Assembly: GCA_038087875.1 (NCBI GenBank)
Contig: CM075987.1
Span: forward strand, 19,346,001 to 19,410,000
Reading direction: 5' to 3'
Source of the DNA: Malacoraja senta
Taxonomy: Eukaryota
Length of the DNA stretch: 64,000 nucleotides
Below the pieces are notes generated by a model. It did not search any database. It saw only the letters and a list, made by a program, of their open reading frames with translations, and was not told where the DNA came from. Both the position numbers and the translations under genes were made by a program. Of this stretch, positions 37,921-50,611 are shown in pieces (position 1 is the stretch's first letter; each line of letters starts with the position of its first letter).

Positions 37921-38090
37921 TTGTAAGCATGTAAATATATTGTAAACATGTAAATATATTGTAAACATGTAAATATATTGTAAACATGTAAATAAATTGT
38001 AAACATGTAAATATATTGTAAACATGTAAATATATTGTAAACATGTAAATATATTGTAAACATGTAAATACATTGTAAACATGTAAATAC
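37921..38090. repeat. 19-bp minisatellite (TTGTAAACATGTAAATATA) x9
   Basis: Nine head-to-tail units with few substitutions. Confidence 0.97.
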
Positions 38091-38417
38091 CTTCCTACAG
38101 TATAAAGCTAACGATCCCAGCTCATCCTTAGCTGGAGAGTTCATATGGAGACACAAGAAACTGTGGATGCTTGAATCTTAGCAGAATACAAAGTGCTGGA
38201 GTAACTCAGTGGGTCTTTGGAATGAGGTTAACAGATCAGGGCCCTTCTTCAAAGTGATTCCAGGATTGTGGAAGAAAGCTGGAAAAGAGAGAAGGGGAGG
38301 GACAAAGTTTGGCAAGTGATAGGTGGATACAGGTGAGGGGAATTTGATTGGCAGATGAGTGGAGTAAGTTCATATAGTTTGCTGTCAACCACAAATTCCG
38401 TCAGAACGGCATAAAGA

Positions 38418-40124
38418 CAAGTATATCGGAATTGTTTGAAAAAGGTATAATATTTGCAGTAAGAAAATCATTTTTATGGCATTAATTTTACCAACCATTG
38501 AGATAGGAAGTTGGATTCCATTGTCAGTGACTTTATCTGGGATTATAAGAATCATAGGATAAGCAAAAAACATCTGTGCAAATCAAAAATAAATGGAGGC
38601 TTGGTTTTACCAAACTTTTTGTATTATTTTTGGGCAGTTAACATTAAAAATATGAATTTTTGGTTGGAAGAAATAGATCAACAACCAGATTGGTTAAAAA
38701 TGGAAAAGGAAGATTGTTCACCTTTTGAAATCGGTTCGATACTATTTGCTACTTCTAAATTAAACAAAAAAAATTATAGGGAAATCCTATGCGAATTTGG
38801 AAACAATTAAAAAAGACATTAAAATTAGATAACATCACTTTTTCTTCCAATTGTGAATAATCCTTTGTTTAAGCCCTCATGGTTGGACAAAGGTTTTACA
38901 CAATGGAAAAACTATGGAATTAAAAAGATGGGACAACTTTACAAGGAAGGCACTTTTCTTTCATTTCAGGAGTTGCAGCAAACTTATGGACTTCAAGTAA
39001 ATGATTTTTTCAGATATCTTCAACTTAGAGATTATGTAAAAGCAAATACTCAAAACTTTAGAATTAGAAATTCAGAAATTCTTGACGACTGTTGGAATAA
39101 ACATCCTAATAGAAAAAATTAATATCTTACATATATAATATTTTATTAGACAGCGATATCCCATCGACGGACTTACATAGACAAACATGGGAAAAAGAAC
39201 TAAATCAAATAATAACGAAAGATACTTGGGAAGAAAGTTTACAACACATACATCAATGTTCATTAAATGCCAGACACTCTCTAATACAATTTAAAGTAAT
39301 ACACAGGTTACATTATTCTAAAACAAAATTAAATAAAATCTTCCCACATATTTCACCTATATGTGATAAATGTCAACATTTAGAAGGTAACTTATCTCAT
39401 ATGTTTGCAAATTGCATAAAAATTAAAAAATTCTGGGCAAATATTTTCAGAATAATATCTAAAGTGACCAGCACTCAATTAGACCTGGATCCAAAATTAA
39501 TAATACTAGGAACAGTAGAACTAAATCAAACATTTACAACAACTCAAAGAAACTTTATTGATTATAGTATAATAACTGGTAAAAAATTAATTCTAAAATT
39601 TTGGAAAGGCCCTATAACCCCCACAATTAAAATGTGGATTATAGAAATGACGGAGACCTTACACTTGGAAAGAATTAGACTTGTCCTGTTGGACAAACAA
39701 GAACTATTTGCTGGAACATGGTCTCCCTTTATTGATTATCTAAAGGGTCAGAACGGTTCAGCACAAGAACCTGACTAGCACTCGAGCCAAGGAATAGATG
39801 AAATGTTATATTCTGAAATGTACGAATATATCTCGAATTAAGTTTTTTATCTTTATATTCCATTCTTCTTTATTATCTCTTTCTTTTTTGTTTTCTTTGT
39901 TTCTTTTTTTTTTCTTTTTTTTTTCTCTCTTTTCTTTCTTTATTTCATCTATCTTTTTAGTTCTATTTAGTTTAAAAAAAAAGAAAAAGAAAAAAGTATT
40001 GGAGCCAATGTAATAATATTTGACAATATTATTAATTTAAAAATGTAAGACTGGTAACGACTTTAATATGATATGTATTTACCTCCAATAAAAAATATTT
40101 TCAAAAAAACCACAAAAAAAACCA
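38418..40124 (+). mobile_element. L1-clade LINE 3' fragment with inverted 5' segment
   Basis: AT-rich ORF2 remnants (LDSIVSDFIW..GGLVLPNF..YFWA; zinc knuckle CDKCQHLEGNLSHMFANC); AATAAA at 40087-40092 then an A-rich tail; 15-bp TSD AGAACGGCATAAAGA (38403-38417, 40125-40139); 38418 to about 38510 is antisense ORF2. Confidence 0.92.
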
Positions 40125-40481
40125 AGAACGGCATAAAGATCCATTTAGAGATAGAGCATGGATCCACTGAGTCCACGCTGACCAACGATCACTCGTAAAC
40201 TAGTTTTGTCTTACACACCAGGGACAATGTCACAATTATAATCTTACATTAACCTACAAACCTGCACGGCTTTGGAGAATGGGAGGAAACTGGCTGTGCC
40301 ACTTGTGGCCAATGATCACAGGACTGCACTTTGGAAGAATTCCTGATCTGTGCTATTTCTATGTTCCGTCCCCAGAGCCCTGTGATGTTCTCCTTTTCGA
40401 CTGGGCCCAGGACTTACACAGTGAATGACAGGGCCATGGAGAGTGCTATTGAACAGAGAGGCTTCAGGGTGCAAGTACATA

Positions 40482-41022
40482 CAGTGGCTTGCAAAAGTAT
40501 TCATACCCCTTGAACTTTTCCACATTTTGAACAGTGCTCCGTGAGATGTTCAAAGCTTGGGATATTTGTTTATAACCTAACCCTGCTTTAAACTTCTCCA
40601 CAACTTTATCCCTGACCTGTCTGGTGTGTTCCTTGGGCTTCATGATGCTGTTTGTTCACTAATGTTCTCTAACAAACCTCTGAGGCCTTCACAGAACAGC
40701 TGTATTTATACTGAGATTAGATTACACACAAGTGGACTCTATTAACTAATTAGGTGACTTCTGAACGCAATTGGTTGCACTGGGTTTTATTTAGGGGTAT
40801 CAGAGTAAAGGGGGCTGAATATTTTTGCACGCGACACTTTTCAGTTTTTTATTTGTAAAAATATTTGAAAACCATGTATCATTTTCCTTCCACTTCACAA
40901 TTATGCACCACTTTGTGTTGGTCTATCACATAAAATCCCAATAAAATACATTTACGTTTGTGGTTGTAACGTGACAAAATGTGGAAAAGTTCAAGGGGTA
41001 TGAAAACTTTTGCAAGCCACTG
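40482..41022 (-). mobile_element. Tc1/mariner (Passport-like) internal-deletion derivative
   Basis: TIRs CAGTGGCTTGCAAAAGT... at both ends; TA on both sides (40480-81, 41023-24); minus-strand transposase start MKPKEHTRQVRDKVVEKFKAGLGYKQISQALNISRSTVQ (40643-40527); inserted in a CR1 fragment. Confidence 0.92.
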
Positions 41023-41261
41023 TAGTTCCCAGAAAGTGGCAACACAGGGAAGCAGGGTGGTGAAGAAGATGTATGGCATCTTCATTGCTTGTGGCATTGA
41101 GTGCAAGAGTTGGCAGGTCATATTACACTTGTACAAAACTTTGGTTAGGCCACAATAGACTATTGTGTGTGGTTCTGGTCATCTCGCTATAGGAAGAATG
41201 TGATTAAGTTGGAAAGGACACAGAAAAGATTCACAAGGATGTTGCCTAGACTGGAGCGCTT

Positions 41262-41580
41262 GAGTTTAGTTTAGTTTAGTACAGAGGTACAGCATGGAAA
41301 CAGGCCCTTCGGCCCACCGAGCCCTCGCTGACTATTCACACTAGTTCCATGTTATCCCACTTTCTCATCCACTCCCTACAAATTAGGGGGAATTTTACAG
41401 GGGCCAATTAACCCACAAACCGCATGTCTTTGGGATGTAGTAGGAAACCGGAGCACCCAGAGGAAACCCACATGGTCACAGGCAGAATGTACAGACTCCA
41501 CGCGGACAGCATCCGAGGTCAATATCTAACCCTGGCCTGTGGTGCTGTCAGCAGCAAACCTGCCAGCTGTGCCACTGTGC
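41262..41580 (-). mobile_element. HE1-type SINE nested in a CR1 fragment
   Basis: (TTTAG)n tail at left, head at right; CR1 resumes at about 41581. Confidence 0.8.
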
Positions 41581-41984
41581 TGAGTTAATGGTGGGATAGA
41601 ATAGGCAGGGACTGCTTTTCCTGGATCAAAGGAGCCTGAGGGGGTGATCTTTTAGAGGTTAAAAAATGATGAAGGGCATAGACAGGATATATAGTCACTA
41701 TCATTTTTCCATGTTGGGTGGGGAGTCTAAAACTAGAGGGTATGGGTTTAAGATGAGAGGGGGAAGATTTAACAAAGATCTGAGGGATAGATTTTCCACT
41801 CAGTGGTGGTGCATAAATGGAAAGAGCTGCCAGAGGAGGTGGTAGAGGTTGGTACAATTACAACATTTAAAAACCGTTGGACAGGTACAAGCATATGGAA
41901 GGCTGAGAGATATATAGGTCACACAGGCATCTTGGTTGCATGAAGATGTTGGATCCAAGGGCCTGTTTCTGAGCTGCAGAACTC

Positions 41985-42845
41985 AATGTATACCATCTCT
42001 AAATTTGCCAACAACACCGTCCAACTGTTGTTGGACGAATTATGGATAATGATGGGTTGGACTATATGGATAATGATGGGAGATCGATCATCTGATCGTA
42101 TGGTGCCAGAACAACCTTGCTCTCAACATCAGTAAAACCAAGGAACTGATTATTAAATTTAGAAGAGGAAGGCCGAAGATCCACAAACCCTTCTTCATCA
42201 ACAGGTCAGTGATGGAGAGGGTCAACAACTTCACGTTCCTGAGCCTGCATATCTCTGAAGATCTGTCCTGGACCCAGCCCATTGATGCACTCAGATAGAA
42301 GGCCCATGAAGATAGAGGAGATTCGATATATCGATGAATAATCTCTTGAACTGCTATATGTGCATGGTAGAGGATGGTACCAGCATATTGACTGGTTGCA
42401 TCATGGCCTCATTCAGCAACTCGAATGGCCAGGAATGAAGATTACATAAAGTGGTGAACATTGCTGGTACTGACCTCCCCACCATCGAATGAATCTATAA
42501 GCGGCGTTGTCCCGAAAAGGCAGCCAGCGTCATCAAGGGATCACACCACCCTGGCCACGCTCTCATTTCATTCTTGCCATCAGGAAGAAAGTATAGGGGT
42601 CTGAAAACTGTAATGTTCAGATTCAGGAACAGCTTCTTCTCAACAACCATCTGGCTATTATACACTCTGAGCCACAAACTGCCTGGGTTGCCCTCGGGTC
42701 TTTGGGCTTTGTTTTGTTTTTGCACATTGTTTTTTTTTAATTTATTGAAGGTTTTTTTCTGTGTCTATTATATTATCTATTGAGTATAGATGTGTTTACA
42801 AACCTGTTGTGCTGCTGCTGTAAGTAAGAATTTTATTGTTCATTT
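41985..42845 (+). mobile_element. Rex1/Babar-clade LINE 3' fragment
   Basis: Degenerate RT C-terminus (KFA.., WCQNN..LNISKTKELII.FRR, ISEDLSW, HPGHALISFLPSGRKYR..K...RFRNSFF). Confidence 0.8.
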
Positions 42846-44941
42846 TAAGATTCAAGATTCAAGATTCAAGAAGTTTATTGCCATGTCAACAAGTTGATAG
42901 GAATTTGACTTGCCATGCAGCACACAAATAAAGATTACAACAAGGAATTTAACAACATAAAAACATCCTGGTACATATGACAATAAACATTCTTGACTTT
43001 TAATCTATATTTAGACTCTTTGGCCCAGCTTGTCCATGCCAAACAAGGTGGCATGCTGGGCTATTCCTATTTACCTGCATTTGGCACATGGCCCTCTAAA
43101 CTCTTCCTATCCCTGTATCTGTCCATTTTATTTCTCACAAAAAGCTGAAGTAACTCGGCAGTTCAGACAGCATCTCTGGAAATTTGAACAAACATTTGGT
43201 TATTCTATTTTGTCTATCTTCGGTATAAACCAGCATCTGCAGATCCTTCCCACATACAGTATTTTTCTTCTCATACTTTTATATGAAGGAGATTACTTAA
43301 GTCCTTGCGCATTTTCAGAGCAAATCAATAAATCTCAATCTGCCAATTACTTTCTGCAATCTCTCAGACGTACTCAGGTACATTTGTTGATAGCAAATCA
43401 CTCTGAAAGTTATTTTTGAATCTGCTTTTGACATGCTTTGAGGCAGTGTATTATAAATATTCTCCTCATATCCTTCCTAGATCAATGGCCTTTACTAGAA
43501 CTCTGTGTTCTTTAGTTAACCTCCAGCTTCCGTATACGGCACAATTTGTTTCCACAAACTTGATCAAACGTCACCTATTCCTTTCCTCCAGAGATGCTGC
43601 CTGACCCGCTGAGTTACTCCAACATTTGGGGTCTATCTTGGGCTGAAGGGTCTGTTTCCCTGCTGTATAATTCTATGACACATTCTGGCTTAACCCTAGA
43701 AGGAAAGTTGAATGGGCTCATCTGTGGAATCATCTGACCATAAGGTCACAAAAGAGATTCCCACTTTGTTCAAGGTTCCTAGGGATAAGCTAGTCAACAT
43801 GTAATGTCAGCCTGATTTAATAAGTGACATTCAACAAATAGTGGTAAACTTTTATTAAGTATTATGAACACATTACACCATTTCAACATTATTTCATCAT
43901 TAGATCACTTCTGATATTTAATAATTTCAGGACTTTGAGCCAATTACTTTGGGGACTTCTTCAGTTGTGAATGAATTGACAAGGAGTCCACAATTAACCC
44001 TTTAATGATATTAATATTCAATACTAACCTGTTGACTGACGAGTGGTGCAGATTAATCCAGTCATAATGACAAGAATGTTTTCATTGCTGCTTTATATAT
44101 TAGATCACTCATACACTGACTCTGCTGGCAGGGATACATTCAGGCTTATAGCTTTAAGTTGATGAAAGTACCATTGCACCACTGTCTAAACCTTCAATCA
44201 GATAACACTGCCAGTCCAACAAAAGCACAAAGTCAAATTAACTTGTATGATAAAAACAATTTAGACAGACAAACTTTTCAGACCAAAAGATTTCCATGCA
44301 AGATACTACAAGGTGAAGAGATTGTTGATGCATCGGTCCAAATTCTCCTTGGGGTTTGTGATTCAGGAAACTGATCCCTTGAATGGGAAAGTGGCAAATT
44401 GAATATTTAGAAAGGGTAGAAAACAAACAAGTAAATCATTTAATATCTTAGATAATTGACCTGTTTATTTATTGGAATTTAGTCGTTCTTTTCATTCTGG
44501 AGAGAGTAACGGGGCATTTAGATACGGGAGTCAAGGTGGATCAGAAGAGTTCAGAAGTGGATCGGTCTTCATTATACTCTATGGTTCTCAAACTACTTGT
44601 CAAAGTCGCCATTGCTGAGGGTCTCAACAGGTTATGGGCTGCATCCATCCAACTTACCCTCTGTGTTTGCGTGTTTAAAATGTTTTGTACCAGTTATTGC
44701 TTGGAAGTGTTGAGTAGGCTGTGTGTGACTTTGCAAGCTGAGAGTTGTGCACAATTGATCTAATTCAGTGATCCAAATGGCCTGAGCCTGTATGCAAGTC
44801 TCAACTAGTGTCCATTCACCATGTCCTTCTTTTGCTTACACTGCCACTCCACTCCAAAGACTCTTGGAAAGCTGTTCGCCCAGCTTAACTCATGCAAGGT
44901 TTGAGACACTCTTATACCATAAAGGAATACTCTAAAAGCCA

Positions 44942-45108
44942 AAGATAGACACCAAAAGCTGGAGTAACTCAGCGGGACAGGCAGCATCTCTGGAGAGAAC
45001 AAATGGATGACATTTTGGGTCATCTCCAGAGATGCTGCCTGTCCTGCTGCGTTACTCCAGCTTTTTTGTGTCTATCTTCGGTTTAAACCAGCATCTGCAG
45101 TTCCTGCC
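44942..45108. mobile_element. Penelope-derived fold-back insertion
   Basis: Inverted arms; 14-bp TSD TACTCTAAAAGCCA (44928-44941, 45109-45122). Confidence 0.85.
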
Positions 45109-46586
45109 TACTCTAAAAGCCAGTTGGTTACATAGCAATGATTGATATCATAGCCAAACTACAGGACAGCAATCTTGTCCCAAAAGCCTGGCTAATTTCT
45201 TCTTCACTTGCATTTAGTTCTCGTCCAAGTACCAGGGAAGATAAACAAGGGGGGGGGGGTGGGGATGGGGGGGGGGATAGAAGATCTGTTACTGCAGTAA
45301 AAATATCACACAAGGAGATTGATTTAACACAAGCAATCCAGTTCAGTTTTCCATGGTTTCATCTTTCATCGTCTGCACTCAAGTCGTCTCAGAGTCGGAG
45401 TCTCCAGATGCAGAACTCTCCTCACAACAGTCCTCTGCCTCCGAGAAGGAGGACAAGTAATGTAACCCCGACACCCGCTGGTACTGCGAGAGACACGAGC
45501 TGGGGAACAGAGACAGCTCCATGCAATTCCTCCTCCGGCGCTCCTTCCAGGAGAGGCTCCACACTTCCAGCAGGGGAAAACACATCACACATCCCATGGT
45601 GACAGGAGTGACCCAAGGAGTGCGCAGGTCCTCCGTGAAATGGTGGTCAGGAGAGAGTAAAGGAGTTGGGAAATGCTCGCTACCTCCAGGTGCTAAAGAG
45701 GCTCAGGATAAAGGCTGTGAATCATTCTTCCTAAGCCGATTCAGTGACAGATTCGCTGTTGGTAGAATCCCTCAAACAGGCACAAGAAGGCATCTGGAAA
45801 AATACAAAGCACAGGGCCACACGAGTGGATTAGAATCATGTTACTATTGTGTCAGGTAAGTGACTTCATTTAAAGAGCAAAATAGTTTGAGAAAAGAAGT
45901 GACCATATTTGCAGTTTAAATAACTAAATCCTTATTAAAAATGAATACAGATTCTCACACATATTGCAGTAACAGCATCTCATATTCTGCTTGTGCAGCT
46001 TACAGCCTAACAGTATGAACATTGAATTCTCCAAAATTAGTTAGTGAACAAACGGAGTTTATTTATGTATTCCCTTTCTCTTCCCTGTATCCCACCTGGA
46101 CTTGCACCCATTTCTCCTCTCCCTGTCCCCTTCCACATTTGTGTCTTTTTATATCTGGCCTTTGTCCAACCATCTGCCTATCAACCCCCTCACCTGTATC
46201 CGCCCATCACTCACCAGGCTTAGTCCTGCCCCATCTCTCCTCCAGCCTTCTCTCCGTGGATTCGGTGGGCCGAAGGGCCTGTTTCCATGCTGTATCACTA
46301 AACTAAACTAAACCAAAACGAATTCAACCTGGTTGCTTCTGCTGATTTGTGCATGTGTCATCAATTCTACGAGAAGCTGTGAAACTCTGCTAACAATACC
46401 AACAGACATGCAGAATTGCAGTGGTGATTGCACAGAGGTACCTGGCCCCTTTAAGGTTAGTAGGCAGGTGAGGAAGGGATTTGATTCATCCTTGTCCATG
46501 CTGTTAACCCAGCATTAACCCAGCATAACATCAGTGCTCAGACTGAAATAACTGTGCATTGGGTTGTATTGCTTTCCTTACATTAA

Positions 46587-46824
46587 AGGGCCTGTCCCAC
46601 TTTCACGATATAACTCACGACTTTTTTTACTCGTGGACATTTTTCATCAGGCTAGAAAAAAAGCCCCGACCAACTTGATGCCACGAGTACCTACGACTAG
46701 CATCACGGCCTGCTACGACCAACCTACGACTTCCTACGACCTCGTGACGACCTTGCTGCGAGTACGAGTCAAGGGCAAACTTGGCAGAGGTCGTGAATTA
46801 GGTCGTGAAAGTGGGACAGGCACC
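46587..46824. mobile_element. MITE of a related family (AGGGCCTGTCCCACT termini)
   Basis: agggcctgtcccactttcacga.../...tcgtgaaagtgggacaggc; internal ACGAC repeats. Confidence 0.8.
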
Positions 46825-47220
46825 AACTTAAATTAGAACCAACACAAACAAAAATAGCAGTGGGAAATTAAAAGAGTAATAAAAGCAAGGAGTCAAATCA
46901 GTTTGTCAATAATCTATCGACAGAGAAAGAAACTGCCTCAAGGGGAAGAGGAGCATGGAGAGATGAAACATGTTACCACTGATAGCACTCTGCATCGGGA
47001 TTGAGCGTGCTGCCTTAAAGCTTCCTTTTAAACAACAACTAATGGGATTCTGCAGCATATATCATTGCGGCTGTAATTTGCCTTGAAAGCCTTTATTGCT
47101 TTACAATCTGGCAGTTGCTCAGGCCATGACTGTTCAAATAATTAAATTCCTGAATATTAACAACACCCTCGCAAATCTTGGTAGGTGAAGAACCAATGAG
47201 GTCTCTATCACTTTTGAAGA

Positions 47221-47465
47221 GGCACAGTGGCACAGCTGGTAGAGCTGCTGCCTCACAGCGCTGGAGGCCCGGGTTCGATCCTGACCTCAGGATCTGTCTG
47301 TCCGCTGTCTGTGTGGAGTTTACACGTTCTCCTTGTGACTGTGTAGCATGTGGGCAAAAGTGGGATAACATAGAACTAGTGTGAATTTCTGGTCAGCGTA
47401 GACTCGATGGGCTGAATGGCCTGTTTCCCTGCTGTTTCTTTCAATCAATCAATCAATCAATTAAT
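47221..47465 (+). mobile_element. HE1-type SINE (internally deleted)
   Basis: Head GGCACAGTGGCACAGCTGGTAGAG, B-box GGTTCGATCC, (TCAA)n tail. Confidence 0.8.
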
Positions 47466-48925
47466 CAAGACTATTCGCAATTGTGGAATGGTAGGTATTA
47501 AGAACGGTTATTAGAAAAGGGAAGGGTTTAGTTTCAAGTGTGCCCTCTGTTGCTAAAGCACTAATTTGGCATTATTTAAGGGCCCACTCTGTAATAACAT
47601 TGGGTTGGGGTGCCGAACCTGAAGTTATCAGGAATTAACAGTGAATCTCCTGGAAAATGCTGCAACATAATAGAGAGAAAATGTAAAGGTGCTATAAAAA
47701 TGGTTGTCAAAGGACATAGATCCGTTACAAATATAGATGGAGAAATGGCAGATGGAGTTTAATCCAGGCATGTGTGAGGTTTTACAGTTTTGAGAGGACA
47801 AATGTAAGGGGAAAGTATACAGTTGATGGCAGGACCCTTCACAGCATTGATGCATTCATGCCCATAGCTGATTGTAAGTGGCAATGGAAAGAGATAGAAT
47901 AATAAAGAAGGGCTCACAGCAATTGCTGAGGTGGTTTGGCAAAGAATGAAATGATTTGTGGCAGCGAGTCTGCGTTCACACATGTACTCGCTGCGCCTGA
48001 AGATCCAACTTGTGTCCTTCCATCCTTTGGGCTGGAGCAACGGGTTAACCTTCATGTACTGAAACCATCTGGACCAACTTGATGCTGCCATTGGGAGAGA
48101 CCGCTTGATACCTAGACGGAGAATGATGGTCATAAGGTCATAAATTATAGGAGCAGAATTAGATCATTCAGCCCATCAAGTCTACTCCACCATTCAATCA
48201 TGGCTGATCTATCTCTCCCTCCTAACCCCATTCTCCTGCCTTCTCCCCATAACCCCTGACACCCGTACTAATCAAGAATTGCTCTAACAAACCATCAGGT
48301 TCATTGGTGTGACAGTGGAAATGCTAGCATGTTAATGTGTCTGATAACACGTTTCTTATCTAGTTTTAGTTTAGTTACGAAAGGTTTTCACTGTATCTCG
48401 GTACATGTGACAATAAACTAAACTGAAGCTGAAACTGAAATTAAGAGATACAGCATGGAAACAGGTGCTTTGGCCCACCAAGTCCACGCCGACCATCGAT
48501 TACACTAGTTCCATGTTATCCCACTTTCTCATCCACTCCCTTTACAATCGGTGCAATTTACAGACGCCAAATAACCTACAAACATGTACATTTTCATTTT
48601 TCTTGCCTGTTTACATTTGAAGTTAACTCTCATTTGAATGAATGATTGAATGAATGAATGAATGAATAAGTTTATTGGCCAAGTATTCACATACAAGGAA
48701 TTTGCCTAGGTGCTCCGCCCGCAAGTGACATGACATACAGTGACATTTGGGCTAAAAGGAGAAATTATGCAGCTTATTTTCAATTATTTGACACAGAGTT
48801 TATTTCCAGATCCCTGCTTGCCACATGTTAGTTATTGTTGGAAATACAATTGAAAGTTTGCTATCTCCAATACGTATGGCAGCACCCAGACTGACCCCAA
48901 TAAAAGGGATGTCCATTAGTCTTAT

Positions 48926-49413
48926 AAAGACACAGAGTGCTGGAATAACTCAGCGGGTCAGGCAGCACCTCTGGAGACATGGATAGGTGATGTTTCAGTT
49001 CAGGACCCTTCTTCGAACTGATTGTAGTTGGGGGGGGGGTGGGTGTGGAAGGCTGGAAGAGAGGTGGAGGTGGGGCAAAGCCTGACAAGTGATAACTGGA
49101 AACAAGTGAGGAGAGAGTTGGTTGGGAGATGGTTGGACAAAGGCCAGAGATGAAAAGATAAGAAGTGATAAGGAGACAAGGATAGAAGAGGTGAGAAAGT
49201 GAAGCCAGAGGAAAGGATGAGTGCGGGTAGAAGGAAGGGGAGATGGAAGAAAGCGGGTAAAAAAAAAATGGGGAAAGGGGGTGGGTAGTTTTTCTAAATT
49301 TGGAGATTTCAATGTTCGTACCATTAGGTACTGCCCAAATAGAATTATTAGTGATTGATCTACAGTATGTTACCCAAGCGGAATGTAAACCAGCATCTGC
49401 ATTTCCTTGTGCC
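48926..49413. mobile_element. Penelope-derived insertion, mostly inverted
   Basis: 14-bp TSD TCCATTAGTCTTAT (48912-48925, 49414-49427); antisense 3' region followed by a short sense terminus. Confidence 0.75.
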
Positions 49414-49889
49414 TCCATTAGTCTTATGTCCTGCTGATAGATTTACCTGCGATGTTTACCCCAGGCAAGGAGACTCCACTTATAGGCTGCTTCTCTCGGT
49501 TTGCAGAAAGCACCGTGTCTTTTACCAGCGTAATTCCTTAATTCCTTAATAAAATGCCACGTGTATTTGTTATCAAATTAAACAGAAAATTGTGAACGTC
49601 AGGCTGAATCAGTAGAGAAAGAAACAGTTGCGCTTTCAGGTCAATGAGCTTTGAAACACCAACCCAATTTCTCTCTACACAGATGCTGCCTGGCCTGCTG
49701 AACATTTCCACCATTTTCTATTGCTTTCTCTCTCTCCCTATTACACACTTTATGAGTCTCTTTCTATTTTCTTCCTTCACTGCTGGGTAGTGTCTGTGTC
49801 ACTCCTGATGTGAGCGTTTAGCCCACTAACCATGTTATACCAGAATTCCAATGCCTGGTCCCCATTATGATACCAAGTTAATCCACTCA

Positions 49890-50300
49890 AGCGAGTCGAG
49901 AGTGTTTAATTGTCCTAGTACCCAGATAAATAGTACCCAGATATTGAGTACAAAAATCAATAAAGTAATAACTCCAATATTGGTGTGGAAAAAAGCCTGA
50001 AGTCCTTAGTTCACTCATGGATAGTCTATAGTTCACAGATTTGTTAGTGTTTTGCATTGTTCAAGAACATAGTTGTTGGGAAGAAGCTGTTCTTGAACCT
50101 GATGGTCACAGTTTTCAGGCTCCTGTACTTTCTTCCCGATGGTGGGACTGAAATGAGAATGTGGCCAGGGTGGTGTGGGTTTTTGATGATATTGGCTGCA
50201 TTCTTGAGACAGCGCCTCCTATAGTTCCCTTCGATGGGGCGGAGGTCAGTACCTGTGTTGGACCTGGTGGTATCCACCACTTTTTGTAATCTCCTTTGTC
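49890..50300 (-). mobile_element. Rex1/Babar-type LINE 3' fragment
   Basis: AANIIKNPHHPGH...PSGRKYRSLKT...RFKNSFFP. Confidence 0.75.
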
Positions 50301-50368
50301 CTTCTCAAAAGGCAAAAGTAATATTGTACAACATTTACCAGAAGGAAAATGGGCTCACAAAACTGGGC

Positions 50369-50611
50369 ATAGACGCAAAATGCTGGAGTAACTCAGCGGG
50401 ACTGGCAGCATCTCTGGATAAAAGGAATGGGTGACGTTTTGGGTCAACACCCTTCTTCAGACCTACAGAAGACCGAGATGAAGACCGAGACCTTCTTCTC
50501 GACCCGAAACGTCACCCATTCCGTCTATCCAGAGATGCTGCATGTCCCGCTGAGTTACTCCGGCATTTTGTGTCTATCTTCGGTGTAAACCAGTATCTGC
50601 AGTTCCTTCCT
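50369..50611. mobile_element. Penelope-derived fold-back insertion
   Basis: Inverted arms; 14-bp TSD TCACAAAACTGGGC (50355-50368, 50612-50625). Confidence 0.85.

Noticed and set aside
37921..38090. CRISPR-like array, or the repetitive ORFs 37846-38156
   Set aside because: Head-to-tail units without spacers in eukaryotic DNA; the ORFs are repeat artefacts.
45379..45793. Selenoprotein reading through two in-frame TGA codons
   Set aside because: No recognisable SECIS or selenoprotein homology; ordinary stops are more likely.
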